Positions 17,711 through 27,341 of a DNA stretch of 50,629 nt are shown here, piece after piece. A model generated the notes under the pieces. The model ran no database searches. It was not told the origin of the DNA and saw only the letters and a program-made list of their open reading frames with translations. Every line of letters starts with the position of its first letter. Positions within the stretch are counted from its first letter, which is position 1. The DNA is taken from sequence record SRR31156797_2106. One strand, 5' to 3'. Made by a program: the position numbers and the translations under genes.

Positions 17711-17738
17711 AGCTACCAGCCCTCAGCTACAAGCTTTA
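17711..17738 (+). repeat. Heptamer tandem repeat (AGCynnn x4)
   Basis: agctacc agccctc agctaca agcttta. Confidence 0.5.
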
Positions 17739-17811
17739 AGAAAAACCAGAAAAGCATTCAAAAAAAGAGAGTTCTACAACTCCCTTTTATATATTTTCAA
17801 TCTGTTTATAA

Positions 17812-19080
17812 TTAATCCCGCTTTTCGTATTCCCTATAAATTTCCAGCAACTCTTTTGCTGAATAAATTCCTTTGGTATCGATTCCTAAATCAGCTAACA
17901 ACTGTTTAGCACAAACAACAATACTCTCCTCGTCGATAAACTGTTCGTGAACATTATTCAAATACTTTAATACTTTAAAGGCATTAAAAGCAGCGAAAAA
18001 TTTCTTTCTAAACGTTTCTATCGAAGCACAATTCTTATTGATTTCGTCCAAAGCTTCAAAGAAATTATCTTCCTTCAAATAACTGCGAACGGACCCTGGA
18101 AGTGATACTAACAAATCATTCAAATAAGTATCATAATCTACTCCAAAAAAATCATCTATCTTATCGAAAAAGATTTTCAATTCTTTAAATGCAGAATAAT
18201 TGTAGGTTTGATAATCAACAATTCCCTCATCAACAAATGTGGAAACGGCTTTTCCTGTTCCAAATGGTACACGATCTGAAACTCTAGGTGATGGAATTAC
18301 GCGGGTAGTTTTAATCTCATAAAACTTTCCAAGCGGAATGATCTTTTGCAAGAAATAAAAATCCTCTCCTGCCTGTCGACGATTCATTCCGCCTTGTTTG
18401 ATGTATGCACTCGCCGATACAGCAAAGCTAGATCCTACGGTATGAAATGCATGTGGATGACCTGCAAAACGCATTGCCAGCATGTAATATCTTAAATACA
18501 ATTCGTATTGAGAAATGGCATTGTAAATCTGATCCTCAAATACGCTCCCCTCCAATGGATGTTCGTAGAAAATATTGGCTCCATTGGCTTTTGGAAATTT
18601 CTTAAATAGTTTCTCAATCTCTGTCAAATAATTCGAGTCACAAGCTGAATCGGCATCAAAACCTGTAATTATACCATTTGCTTTATCAATTTTATTAAAT
18701 CGACTTACTGCCTCATCCATTGCAATTTTTCTTGCAAAACCGACTCCTGCAAATTTCTTAGGCAAATTTGACTGATGTATCAGGTAAAATTTCAATTTTT
18801 CGTCCTGATGTTCTTTCATCCAGACTTCCGCTTCCTCAATCGTTTTTGCATTCTGTGCAAGCTCTCTTTCTCCTGTTTGCTCCCCAGAATTAACAATTAC
18901 AATTACCTCCACCACATTTTCGGTACGATCACAATTCCATAAAGCTTCCAAACTGGGTATCAAATCGGGTTCATCGTAACAAGGAATCGTTACAATCATA
19001 TTTAATTTCTCCGAAACAGGAGCTGAAATGTACTCTGGATACATTCTCTGTTTCTTTAGGTATTTATCTGCAAAAGCCAT
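17812..19080 (-). CDS. Glycosyltransferase family 2-like protein
   Basis: VTIPCYDE, GVGFARKIAMD, FDADS (DxD), QAGEDFYFL, SPRVSDRVPFGTG. Confidence 0.85.
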   Translation of the reverse strand: MAFADKYLKKQRMYPEYISAPVSEKLNMIVTIPCYDEPDLIPSLEALWNCDRTENVVEVIVIVNSGEQTGERELAQNAKTIEEAEVWMKEHQDEKLKFYLIHQSNLPKKFAGVGFARKIAMDEAVSRFNKIDKANGIITGFDADSACDSNYLTEIEKLFKKFPKANGANIFYEHPLEGSVFEDQIYNAISQYELYLRYYMLAMRFAGHPHAFHTVGSSFAVSASAYIKQGGMNRRQAGEDFYFLQKIIPLGKFYEIKTTRVIPSPRVSDRVPFGTGKAVSTFVDEGIVDYQTYNYSAFKELKIFFDKIDDFFGVDYDTYLNDLLVSLPGSVRSYLKEDNFFEALDEINKNCASIETFRKKFFAAFNAFKVLKYLNNVHEQFIDEESIVVCAKQLLADLGIDTKGIYSAKELLEIYREYEKRD

Positions 19081-19119
19081 ATCAGAATTGTTTTATTCGG
19101 TGGGCAAAGATACAAAAAA

Positions 19120-19148
19120 GGGCAGATAGCTTAAAAGCTAATCTGCCC
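19120..19148 (-). terminator. Terminator after the OmpH-like gene; adjacent -7 box TATCTTTG (19105-19112, minus) for the glycosyltransferase
   Basis: GGGCAGAT...ATCTGCCC stem preceded by an A-run on the plus strand. Confidence 0.75.
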
Positions 19149-19170
19149 AATATATTTGTGCTATGTTTTA

Positions 19171-19758
19171 CTATTTTGCTTCTGGAGTATATCTTGCATT
19201 TAATCCATCAAGAATCTCCTTAGTAATATCCAAACCATCTTGCGATAACAACACGTTTCCACCTTTAGTAGTACTCAAAATTAAACTGTAGTTATGAGTT
19301 GAATTGTACTCTTTCAAGTAGTTGGTTACGCTATCGAATAAACGCTTGCTGTTCTCGTTTTGCTCACCCATTAATTGTGCGCTTAACTCACGATCTAATT
19401 GCTGAAGATTTTGCTGCTTAGCAATTAATTTTTGCTGAGCTTCTTCTGCTCTCTGGCGTGATAAGAAACCATTATTTTGAAGCTTACGCTGAAATTCCAT
19501 AGCTTCTTTCTCTAATTTCTGTGCTTTAAAATTGAAATCAGTTCTTGAATCTTCCTGTTTCTTAAGAAATTTCTCATTTAAATCACGAGAAAAATTATAA
19601 TTATTAAGCAATGAATCTGTATTGATGTACACGACAGCACCTTCTCCTGCTACTGATTTAACCTCTTTTGCCTCTTCTTTACCAGAGAATTGAACAAAGT
19701 AAAGAATTGCTACAGCAACAACTAACACAGCATTTAATGCAATAGATAAATTTTTCAT
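19171..19758 (-). CDS. OmpH/Skp family protein (membrane-anchored type)
   Basis: N-terminal TM helix, VYINTDSLL, long Q/E/K-rich coiled coil, DITKEILDGLN. Confidence 0.88.
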   Translation of the reverse strand: MKNLSIALNAVLVVAVAILYFVQFSGKEEAKEVKSVAGEGAVVYINTDSLLNNYNFSRDLNEKFLKKQEDSRTDFNFKAQKLEKEAMEFQRKLQNNGFLSRQRAEEAQQKLIAKQQNLQQLDRELSAQLMGEQNENSKRLFDSVTNYLKEYNSTHNYSLILSTTKGGNVLLSQDGLDITKEILDGLNARYTPEAK

Positions 19759-20022
19759 AGGTATTTTAGAATTTAATTTTCACGTTTTATCAGATATCCT
19801 ATAACAAAGGGCAGATATCTCGACCTTTTTGATTTTGCCTAACAAATATAGCTTTTATAAGGAGACTAAAAAATACTTACTCACTCAAAATTTAATTCTT
19901 CTAAAGCCTCTAATTATCAAATTGAGCTAATTTTTATATGCTGATAAACATCATTCTTTTTTTTCTTCATACTATTTACATTGTGATCAAGAAAAAACAA
20001 TAACCATTAAAAATTATACCCA

Positions 20023-20934
20023 ATGTTCAATAAACTTATAGCAGCAACCCTACCCTATATGCCTAAAAAACTAGTTTGGATGTTTTCTAAAAGATATATC
20101 GCTGGAGAAACCATTCAAGACGCGGTTAACGAATCTAAAAAACTAAACGACCAGGGCATAAAAGTAACTGTAGATCTTTTAGGAGAATTTATTAAAAATT
20201 TAGATCAGGCAACTGAAAATAAAGAAGCCTACCTTGAAATAATTGAAACCTTCGAAGCCAATAAAATTGATGGTAACTACTCCGTTAAACCAACATTTTT
20301 CGGTTTATTAATAGATGAAGAAGTTTGCTATCAAAACATCAGAACTGTAGTTGCAAAAGCTGCTGAATACAACAATTTTATTCGTATTGATATGGAAGAT
20401 TCTCCTTGTGTTGATAAGGAAATTGCCATGTTTAGAAAGCTTAAGGCTGAATTTCCTAATAATGTTGGTTTAGTGGTTCAAGCGTATCTTAAAAGAACGC
20501 TTGATGATCTGCAAAACATGATGGATATGCAAAATGGCACTTCCAACCTAAATTACCGTTTGTGTAAAGGTATTTATGTTGAGCCTGAAGAAATTGCTTA
20601 TAAAAAATACGAAGAAATAAATGAGAATTTTGTGAAAGATTTGGAGTTCATGTTTGCCAACAAGGTGTACCCTGGTATTGCAACTCATGATAAACCATTA
20701 GTTGAAGGAGCTTACAAATTGATTGAAAAATATAATGTTCCAAAAGATCAGTACGAATTCCAAATGCTATACGGAGTTACTCCAGAACTAAGAAAATCGA
20801 TACTCGATAAAGGTCACAGCATGAGAGTTTACGTTCCATTCGGAAAAGATTGGTTTGGTTATTCAACTCGCAGGTTAAAAGAAAATCCTAAAATGGCTAT
20901 GCTAATAATAAAAGCTTTATTTAGTAGAGGATAA
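20023..20934 (+). CDS. Monofunctional proline dehydrogenase
   Basis: RYIAGE, DLLGE, IRIDMED, RLCKGIY, IATHD, EFQMLYGV, RVYVPFG, RRLKENP. Confidence 0.93.
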   Translation: MFNKLIAATLPYMPKKLVWMFSKRYIAGETIQDAVNESKKLNDQGIKVTVDLLGEFIKNLDQATENKEAYLEIIETFEANKIDGNYSVKPTFFGLLIDEEVCYQNIRTVVAKAAEYNNFIRIDMEDSPCVDKEIAMFRKLKAEFPNNVGLVVQAYLKRTLDDLQNMMDMQNGTSNLNYRLCKGIYVEPEEIAYKKYEEINENFVKDLEFMFANKVYPGIATHDKPLVEGAYKLIEKYNVPKDQYEFQMLYGVTPELRKSILDKGHSMRVYVPFGKDWFGYSTRRLKENPKMAMLIIKALFSRG

Positions 20935-20942
20935 ATAAAAAG

Positions 20943-20970
20943 AAAGCGGTGAAAATTCACCGCTTTTTTT
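20943..20970. terminator. Bidirectional terminator
   Basis: AAAGCGGTGAA / TTCACCGCTTT stem with flanking A/T runs. Confidence 0.85.
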
Positions 20971-21682
20971 ATTTCCCTTCCTTAATGCCGTACCTGTACA
21001 TCTGCTTTAAAGTTGTTACCTCTTTATCTGTAACAATATTATCAGGAATTTTAAGATCTCGCTTTCGTTTTAATCGTTTAATTTCAGGCAAAGTTCTATC
21101 AGTACTCAATCCTGCAACCATCTCGGTAGGTACCATAGTCTTATTCTGGCTTTCAACCACATGCTGGTTGATTAGTAAATCTGTATTTGCTTTCGCATCC
21201 ATCTTTTCCGGTCGTGTGGTTAATGCCTGATAAGTAGCAGAATTTACATTGTTTTTTGCTCTAACATATTCAGGAGTATTCACTTTTGCATTAATGAATG
21301 CCTCCTTAAAATTACCAAAACGTGGTAAAATCAATACTTCCTGAAGAGCAACTGTATCCTTGGTCATAAATACTCCAAACAAATAAGTTTCTTGTTTCAG
21401 CGTATCGCTAACAATTAAATTAACATCCTGATAACCGACATATGAATAACGAATGGTATCACCTGAATTCACCCAAAACGAAAATCGACCAAAAGCATTC
21501 GATGTTCCTGCCTGTTTTGTATTCACTTTGTAATGTGCATAAGGCAGAGTTGTTAATTCTTTTTGATCCATTACAGCACCAGTGAAAAATATTGAATCGG
21601 CTCTTAATTTCTGAGCTGAAAGTAAATCAGACACCAAAATCAAGCAAACAAATGCCAGGCCACTAATAATTAACTTTTTCAT
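20969..21682 (-). CDS. Secreted protein with carboxypeptidase-regulatory-like domain
   Basis: Signal peptide; GAVMD...LPYAH...TSNAFGRFSF...DTIRYSYVGYQ...LQEVLI pattern. Confidence 0.75.
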   Translation of the reverse strand: MKKLIISGLAFVCLILVSDLLSAQKLRADSIFFTGAVMDQKELTTLPYAHYKVNTKQAGTSNAFGRFSFWVNSGDTIRYSYVGYQDVNLIVSDTLKQETYLFGVFMTKDTVALQEVLILPRFGNFKEAFINAKVNTPEYVRAKNNVNSATYQALTTRPEKMDAKANTDLLINQHVVESQNKTMVPTEMVAGLSTDRTLPEIKRLKRKRDLKIPDNIVTDKEVTTLKQMYRYGIKEGK

Positions 21683-21723
21683 TTGAAAATATTTTTAAAA
21701 CCAATAAAAAACTTGGTCGTTAT

Positions 21724-22296
21724 TTATAATTCTCCCAATATAATTTCATCAAGAGCTCTTTTGGGAACATGATGAACACCTTTTTCATCACGCCAATATT
21801 TAATATCATCATCTTTCATTTCTTCAATTACCACTTCCTCTTTTGGTTTTCCTAAAGCAATAACCTGAATAATTTTATTTCCTTCCTCAGTACTAACGAT
21901 AGAACTAAGTTCTTTATTATTAAATGCACGAATAATGCATCCGCCAAATCCATCTTCTACAGCTCCTAACAACAAATTCTGTGCTGCAATTCCATCATCA
22001 CTAAAAAAATTCTCACCTATTTTTTCATCATTAAACATGATTACATAAGCCGATGGTCTTTCTCCCTTTACAGGTCCCGACCAATCCTTCAAATATCCTG
22101 CCCAAGCTAAAGTTTCAAATACTTTTTCTCTCTTTTCTTCAGATAATATCACTTTATACTTCAAACTTTGTGCATTTCTCCCCGATGCGCCCAATCGAGC
22201 CAGATCAATCCAGCCTCTAATTTGTTCTGATGAAATGGTAACATCTTCAAAAAATCTCCTGTAACTTCTGTTCTTAGCAACTAATTCTTTTAACAT
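21724..22296 (-). CDS. Nitroreductase family protein
   Basis: NRSYRRF, ASGRNAQSL, DDGIAAQNLLLGA, IALGKP, HHVPKR. Confidence 0.9.
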   Translation of the reverse strand: MLKELVAKNRSYRRFFEDVTISSEQIRGWIDLARLGASGRNAQSLKYKVILSEEKREKVFETLAWAGYLKDWSGPVKGERPSAYVIMFNDEKIGENFFSDDGIAAQNLLLGAVEDGFGGCIIRAFNNKELSSIVSTEEGNKIIQVIALGKPKEEVVIEEMKDDDIKYWRDEKGVHHVPKRALDEIILGEL

Positions 22297-22461
22297 TATT
22301 TAATTTAAAATCTTATTAATTTATATTTTATTTGCACGATCAATACTCCACTACAGTATAAAATAATTGATTTTTCTTTATTGATCAAAGAATTCATCAA
22401 ATCTATTTTATCTTTATTCTAAACACAACTAGGTATTTAACTGTTAACACCTGCTAATCAA

Positions 22462-23562
22462 ATGCTAAGTCTTAAGAAATCTACGAAAGATAAAATAAAG
22501 AGTTTTCTCACTATTAACGCCATTTGGATTCTATTGATCTATCTGTGGAATTTTCTACAAATGAATCCGGAAGTAGATATTCCAGTAGAACTTAAAGATC
22601 CTTTTAAGGAGAGAATGGAAGGATTAAATCTATTATTAGCTGGTCTTTTAATGGGAACCATATTTAGTTTGATGAATATGAGAATAAACAAGAAGCAAGA
22701 TCAATTGAGGAAACAATCATATGGTCGAATAATTCTTACTTACAGCATTATGCATATCGTGCTAACGGTATTTAGTATTTTCGTAATTGGTATTCTCTCT
22801 CAATACATAATTGAAGGGGAAATCAGTAGATCTGATATTTTAGATATTAAAGCATTCGTGAAATCAAGTAATTTCTTTAAAATCTTAATTTATACCTACC
22901 TGGTCAGTTCAGGAATAATCCTTATGCAGATCATCAATCAAAAATTTGGTCCTGGTGTACTTATCGATTTGCTCTTAGGTAAATTTCGAAATCCTAAAGA
23001 AACCAAATTGATTTTTCTGTTCATGGATCTAAAATCATCAACCACTTATGCGGAAAAACTAGGTCATGTAAAATACAGTGAATTAATTCAAGACTGTTTT
23101 ACAGATTTAACTAATGCAGTAAAAGAATATGATGCAACAATTTATCAATACATTGGTGATGAAGTTGTATTAATGTGGCCTTATCATGAAGGAATCAAAA
23201 ATTTAAACTGTATCAAAGTTTTTTATCGATTTAAAGAATTAATACAAAATAAATCGGAGCATTATCTTAAAAACTATGGTTTTCTCCCACAATTTAAAGC
23301 TGGATTAAATGGTGGCACCCTTATGGCTGCAGAGGTCGGTGTAATTAAAAGATCTGTTGCATATCATGGAGATGTAATAAATACCGCTGCACGTATTCAA
23401 GGTGTATGTAATTCGTTCCGGGAAGAATTTTTGGCATCAAAATTGATAGTTAGCGAACTGGAAAACCAAAATACCTTTAGCTATAGTTTTATAGATAACA
23501 TTCAGTTAAAGGGAAAAAAAGAAAAAGTAAGTATATTCAAAGTAAACAAATCCCACTTATAA
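22462..23562 (+). CDS. Membrane-bound class III (adenylate/guanylate) cyclase domain protein
   Basis: About 4 TM helices, then FMDLKSST, YIGDE, HGDVINTAARIQ, LKGK. Confidence 0.88.
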   Translation: MLSLKKSTKDKIKSFLTINAIWILLIYLWNFLQMNPEVDIPVELKDPFKERMEGLNLLLAGLLMGTIFSLMNMRINKKQDQLRKQSYGRIILTYSIMHIVLTVFSIFVIGILSQYIIEGEISRSDILDIKAFVKSSNFFKILIYTYLVSSGIILMQIINQKFGPGVLIDLLLGKFRNPKETKLIFLFMDLKSSTTYAEKLGHVKYSELIQDCFTDLTNAVKEYDATIYQYIGDEVVLMWPYHEGIKNLNCIKVFYRFKELIQNKSEHYLKNYGFLPQFKAGLNGGTLMAAEVGVIKRSVAYHGDVINTAARIQGVCNSFREEFLASKLIVSELENQNTFSYSFIDNIQLKGKKEKVSIFKVNKSHL

Positions 23563-23586
23563 TTGTTTCTATACAAATTTAATATC

Positions 23587-24471
23587 ATGCACAAAAAGTT
23601 AATTTTATTATCGATCGTATTCTTTATCACATCCTACGTTGCCCAAGCGCAATTTAATAAAGAAAGATATGGAGCAGATTATACTTTTATAGGTAAAGGT
23701 AATTCAGATGAAGGAGGAGATGTCTCTTTTGAAAAGTATGACTTTAGAATCACTTTCCCTAAAAAGTTAAAAAACCCAGGTTCGAGGCTCTTTCACAAAT
23801 TTGAATATGCTAAAACCAATATCGATTATGGTACAACTCCAATTGTAGATGCAGAACTAGAAAGTTTCCATTCCATTTCCTACACTTTTGGTTTTGCAAA
23901 ACCATTAAAAAATGGATGGTATTTTAATGCTTTTATTAGTCCTAGCGTGGCTTCAAATTTTGAATCATCTATTAATTTTGATGAATTGAATTTGTTTGGA
24001 ATGGCATTGTTTACAAAACCAATAAATAAACAGAAAAATCTAATGCTAAGTTTAGGTGCATTATATTCAAATTCATTAGGATTTCCAGCGCCATTACCTG
24101 TTGTAAGTTTAATGTGGAAGCCAGATAATAAGTGGACAATTAACTTTGGATTTCCAAGATTTGATATCAATTACAAAGCAAGTGAATCGACTCTAATAGG
24201 AACCAATTTAATTCTAGCTGGGGAAAATTTCACCTTAACGGATGATATTGTTGCTGACGGAAGCGATCAAAAAGTTGATAACATTCGTATGATGAATGTT
24301 GCCGTAGGTTTGTTCTTAAATCAAAAAATTACAAAAAAGATTAGTCTTAACGTGAATTCAGGTTACACATTGACTCGAAATTTTGAATTTAATGATGGCT
24401 CTGATAAAGTGGTAGATTTTGACTTGGATAACAATTTATATATCAAAGCAGGATTCTCGATAGGATTATAA
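23587..24471 (+). CDS. Outer membrane beta-barrel protein (DUF6268-like)
   Basis: Signal peptide from ATG 23587 (MHKKLIL...AQAQ), alternating beta-strand pattern, GFPAPLP and GFP motifs. Confidence 0.7.
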   Translation: MHKKLILLSIVFFITSYVAQAQFNKERYGADYTFIGKGNSDEGGDVSFEKYDFRITFPKKLKNPGSRLFHKFEYAKTNIDYGTTPIVDAELESFHSISYTFGFAKPLKNGWYFNAFISPSVASNFESSINFDELNLFGMALFTKPINKQKNLMLSLGALYSNSLGFPAPLPVVSLMWKPDNKWTINFGFPRFDINYKASESTLIGTNLILAGENFTLTDDIVADGSDQKVDNIRMMNVAVGLFLNQKITKKISLNVNSGYTLTRNFEFNDGSDKVVDFDLDNNLYIKAGFSIGL

Positions 24472-24492
24472 ATAAACTTTTTATAGCAGTAA

Positions 24493-24521
24493 AAGGGGGA
24501 TTTCAATCAGAAATCCCCCTT
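24493..24521. terminator. Bidirectional terminator
   Basis: AAGGGGGATTTC / GAAATCCCCCTT 12-bp stem. Confidence 0.85.
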
Positions 24522-24547
24522 ATTATTTTAGATATCTTACTACAAGA

Positions 24548-25129
24548 TTATTCTTCAAATCGTTTTTCAATAACTCCCCAATTAAGAATACTCCAAAAAT
24601 TCTCAATATATTTCGGACGGGCATTTTGAGTATCTAAATAATATGCATGTTCCCATACATCCATTGTTAAAATTGGCTTATATCCATCACGTAATGGAGT
24701 GCCTGCATTTGATTTTTTAATTATACTCAACTTTCCTGCAGAATCAACTACTAACCAAACCCAGCCGGAACCAAAAAGAGTGGCACCAGCTTTCGAGAAT
24801 TCTTCTTTAAAAGCATCAAAAGAAGTAAACTTATCCTTTATCGCTTTTAGTAATGGTCCCTTTGGTTCACCTCCTCCATTAGGTAGAAACGCTTCAAAGT
24901 AAAACGTATGATTGTATACTTGTGCTCCATTATTAAAAATTCCACCTTCGGAATGCTTCACAATATCTTCAAGACTTGCTGTTTCAAATGCGGTACCTTT
25001 AATCAGCTTGTTTAGGTTTGTTACGTAAGCCTGATGATGCTTTCCATAATGATACTCTAATGTTTTTTGACTAATGTGTGGCTCAAGATCACTTAAACCA
25101 TAAGGCAATTTAGGTAGTTTGTGTTCCAT
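24548..25129 (-). CDS. sodB: Superoxide dismutase, Fe-type signature
   Basis: [29 protein letters not shown]. Confidence 0.88.
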   Translation of the reverse strand: MEHKLPKLPYGLSDLEPHISQKTLEYHYGKHHQAYVTNLNKLIKGTAFETASLEDIVKHSEGGIFNNGAQVYNHTFYFEAFLPNGGGEPKGPLLKAIKDKFTSFDAFKEEFSKAGATLFGSGWVWLVVDSAGKLSIIKKSNAGTPLRDGYKPILTMDVWEHAYYLDTQNARPKYIENFWSILNWGVIEKRFEE

Positions 25130-25253
25130 GATTTTGCTTTTTTGATTTAAGCTTTAATTTCACAATAAAAAATCAATTATTCAATAAAAAAACACAAAAA
25201 GACCGATTCTAATATTAGAACCGGCCCCAAAATCAAAAAAACAATAAACAAAA

Positions 25254-25856
25254 CTAATCCTGAAAGCGTTTAGCCACTTCCTCCCAATTTACTACTTCCC
25301 AAAAAACTGAGATGTAGTCTGGTCTTTTATTCTGAAACTTTAAATAATATGCATGTTCCCAAACATCTAATCCTAAAATAGGTGTTCCTTTAACATCGGC
25401 AACATCCATAAGTGGATTATCCTGATTTGCAGTTGATGAAACAACTAATTTCCCATCAGCTTGCTTTACAAGCCAAGCCCATCCCGAACCAAATCGAGTT
25501 GCTGCTGCTTTGGCAAATACTTCTTTAAATGAATCAAACGATCCAAAATCTTTTTCGATAGCTGCAAATAAATCTCCTGTTGGTTTTCCTCCTCCATCTG
25601 GAGACATTACCTTCCAAAATAAATCATGGTTAAAAAAACCACCACCGTTATTTCTAACAGCAACCGAATGTTTTGAAATATTTGCAAGAATGCTCTCAAT
25701 ACTTTCACCTTCCAAATCGGTTCCGGCAATTGCTGCATTAAAATTATTAGTATATCCCGCGTGATGTTTTGAGTGATGAATCTCCATCGTTCTAGCATCG
25801 ATATGCGGCTCTAATCCGTCGTATGAATAAGCTAACTCTGGTAACTTAAAAGCCAT
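25254..25856 (-). CDS. sodA: Superoxide dismutase, Mn-type signature
   Basis: Likely start MAFKLPEL at 25856; [30 protein letters not shown]. Confidence 0.88.
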   Translation of the reverse strand: MAFKLPELAYSYDGLEPHIDARTMEIHHSKHHAGYTNNFNAAIAGTDLEGESIESILANISKHSVAVRNNGGGFFNHDLFWKVMSPDGGGKPTGDLFAAIEKDFGSFDSFKEVFAKAAATRFGSGWAWLVKQADGKLVVSSTANQDNPLMDVADVKGTPILGLDVWEHAYYLKFQNKRPDYISVFWEVVNWEEVAKRFQD

Positions 25857-26015
25857 ATATGTATCTGTTTTACTCACAATATTGATCTATTTTATTAACA
25901 CTAAAACAAAACTAATTTTTATCTGGATTAATTCCAATTAATTTAAAGACTTTTTTGTCTTTTATTTTTACATACAGAAATACGATCGGTAAAACCGAGA
26001 TTTTTAGCTACTTTC

Positions 26016-27341
26016 GTGCTCGCATTAAAGCAACTAGAAGTGAATAAAAAAATTCTGAACATAGCAGTTCCAAACATTGTAAGCAACATTACCATCCCTT
26101 TATTAGGCATAGTTGATTTGGCATTAATGGGTCATTTGGGTAAAGTAGATTTTATTGGTGCTATTGCTTTGGGAGGAACCATTTTCAATTTTCTATATTG
26201 GGGGTTTGCATTTTTAAGAATGGGAACAACAGGCATTACTGCACAAGCTTATGGAGCCAGGAATTTAGGCGAAAGTATTCTGTCTTTATCTAGAGCTTTA
26301 GCAGTTGCATTAGCTGGAAGTATTATCATTTTAATATTACAAAAACCCATTGCCAATCTTAGTTTTTGGCTGATTGATAGTGAAAACTCTGTTGAAACAA
26401 TTGCGAAATCCTATTTTTACATTAGGGTTTGGGCAGCACCAGCAACTATTGGTTTATATGCGTTTACCGGATGGTTTATTGGAATGCAAAACGCTAAAAT
26501 ACCAATGATAATAGCGATAACAAGTAATATTATCAATATTAGTCTTTCTGCTTATTTTGTTTACGGATTACAAATGGATGCCCGTGGTGTAGCTTTAGGA
26601 ACTGTAATTGCACAATACTGTAGTTTAGCTCTTGCCATATTTTTTATAGCTAAATATTATCGAAGACTTTTCAAATACTGGAGTGCAAAAGGCATGACTA
26701 AAGTGAATGAACTGAAACATTTCTTTTTGGTCAACAAGGATATTTTTATCAGAACTTTATGCATTATTTTTGTTTTCACTTTTTTCACTACCGAATCGGC
26801 AAGTGTGAATAAGGAAATTTTAGCGGTTAACTCTCTCCTACTGCAATTCCTTTTTATTTTTTCCTATTTTATGGACGGCTTTGCCTTTGCCGCAGAAGCT
26901 TTAGTAGGTAAATTTATAGGTGCTAACAATTCTAAAAACTTAGCAAAAGTAATACGCCTTTTATTTATTTGGGGATTAGGAATAAGTGGGCTTTTTACCG
27001 CAGCTTATGGATTTTTCGGAATTAATCTTCTATCCATTCTCACCGATGCAGAATCGACTATTTCAATTGCTCAAGAATATCTGAAGTGGGTTATTTTATT
27101 GCCATTCTTAAGTTTTGCATCCTTTTTAATGGATGGAATATTTATTGGTGCAACAGCCTCAGCATACATGAGAAAAACTATGATGGCTGCAACACTTCTA
27201 ATTTTCATACCACTTTACTATTCATTAAATGGCATTTTAGAAAACCATGGTCTTTGGATTGCCATGCTTGGATTTATGTTGGCTCGTGGATTATTTCAAG
27301 CTATCTACTACAAAAAAGCAGTATTGGTTCACTTTAATTAA
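26016..27341 (+). CDS. MATE family efflux transporter (DinF-like)
   Basis: IAVPNIVSNITIPLLGIVD, FLRMGTTG, SYFMDGFAFAAE; multi-TM pattern; start could be GTG 26016 or 26040. Confidence 0.9.
   Translation: MLALKQLEVNKKILNIAVPNIVSNITIPLLGIVDLALMGHLGKVDFIGAIALGGTIFNFLYWGFAFLRMGTTGITAQAYGARNLGESILSLSRALAVALAGSIIILILQKPIANLSFWLIDSENSVETIAKSYFYIRVWAAPATIGLYAFTGWFIGMQNAKIPMIIAITSNIINISLSAYFVYGLQMDARGVALGTVIAQYCSLALAIFFIAKYYRRLFKYWSAKGMTKVNELKHFFLVNKDIFIRTLCIIFVFTFFTTESASVNKEILAVNSLLLQFLFIFSYFMDGFAFAAEALVGKFIGANNSKNLAKVIRLLFIWGLGISGLFTAAYGFFGINLLSILTDAESTISIAQEYLKWVILLPFLSFASFLMDGIFIGATASAYMRKTMMAATLLIFIPLYYSLNGILENHGLWIAMLGFMLARGLFQAIYYKKAVLVHFN

Noticed and set aside
17027-17909. Short ORFs 17027-17209, 17630-17815 and 17658-17909
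   Set aside because: They overlap real genes and terminator/heptamer tracts, have non-ATG starts and low-complexity translations.
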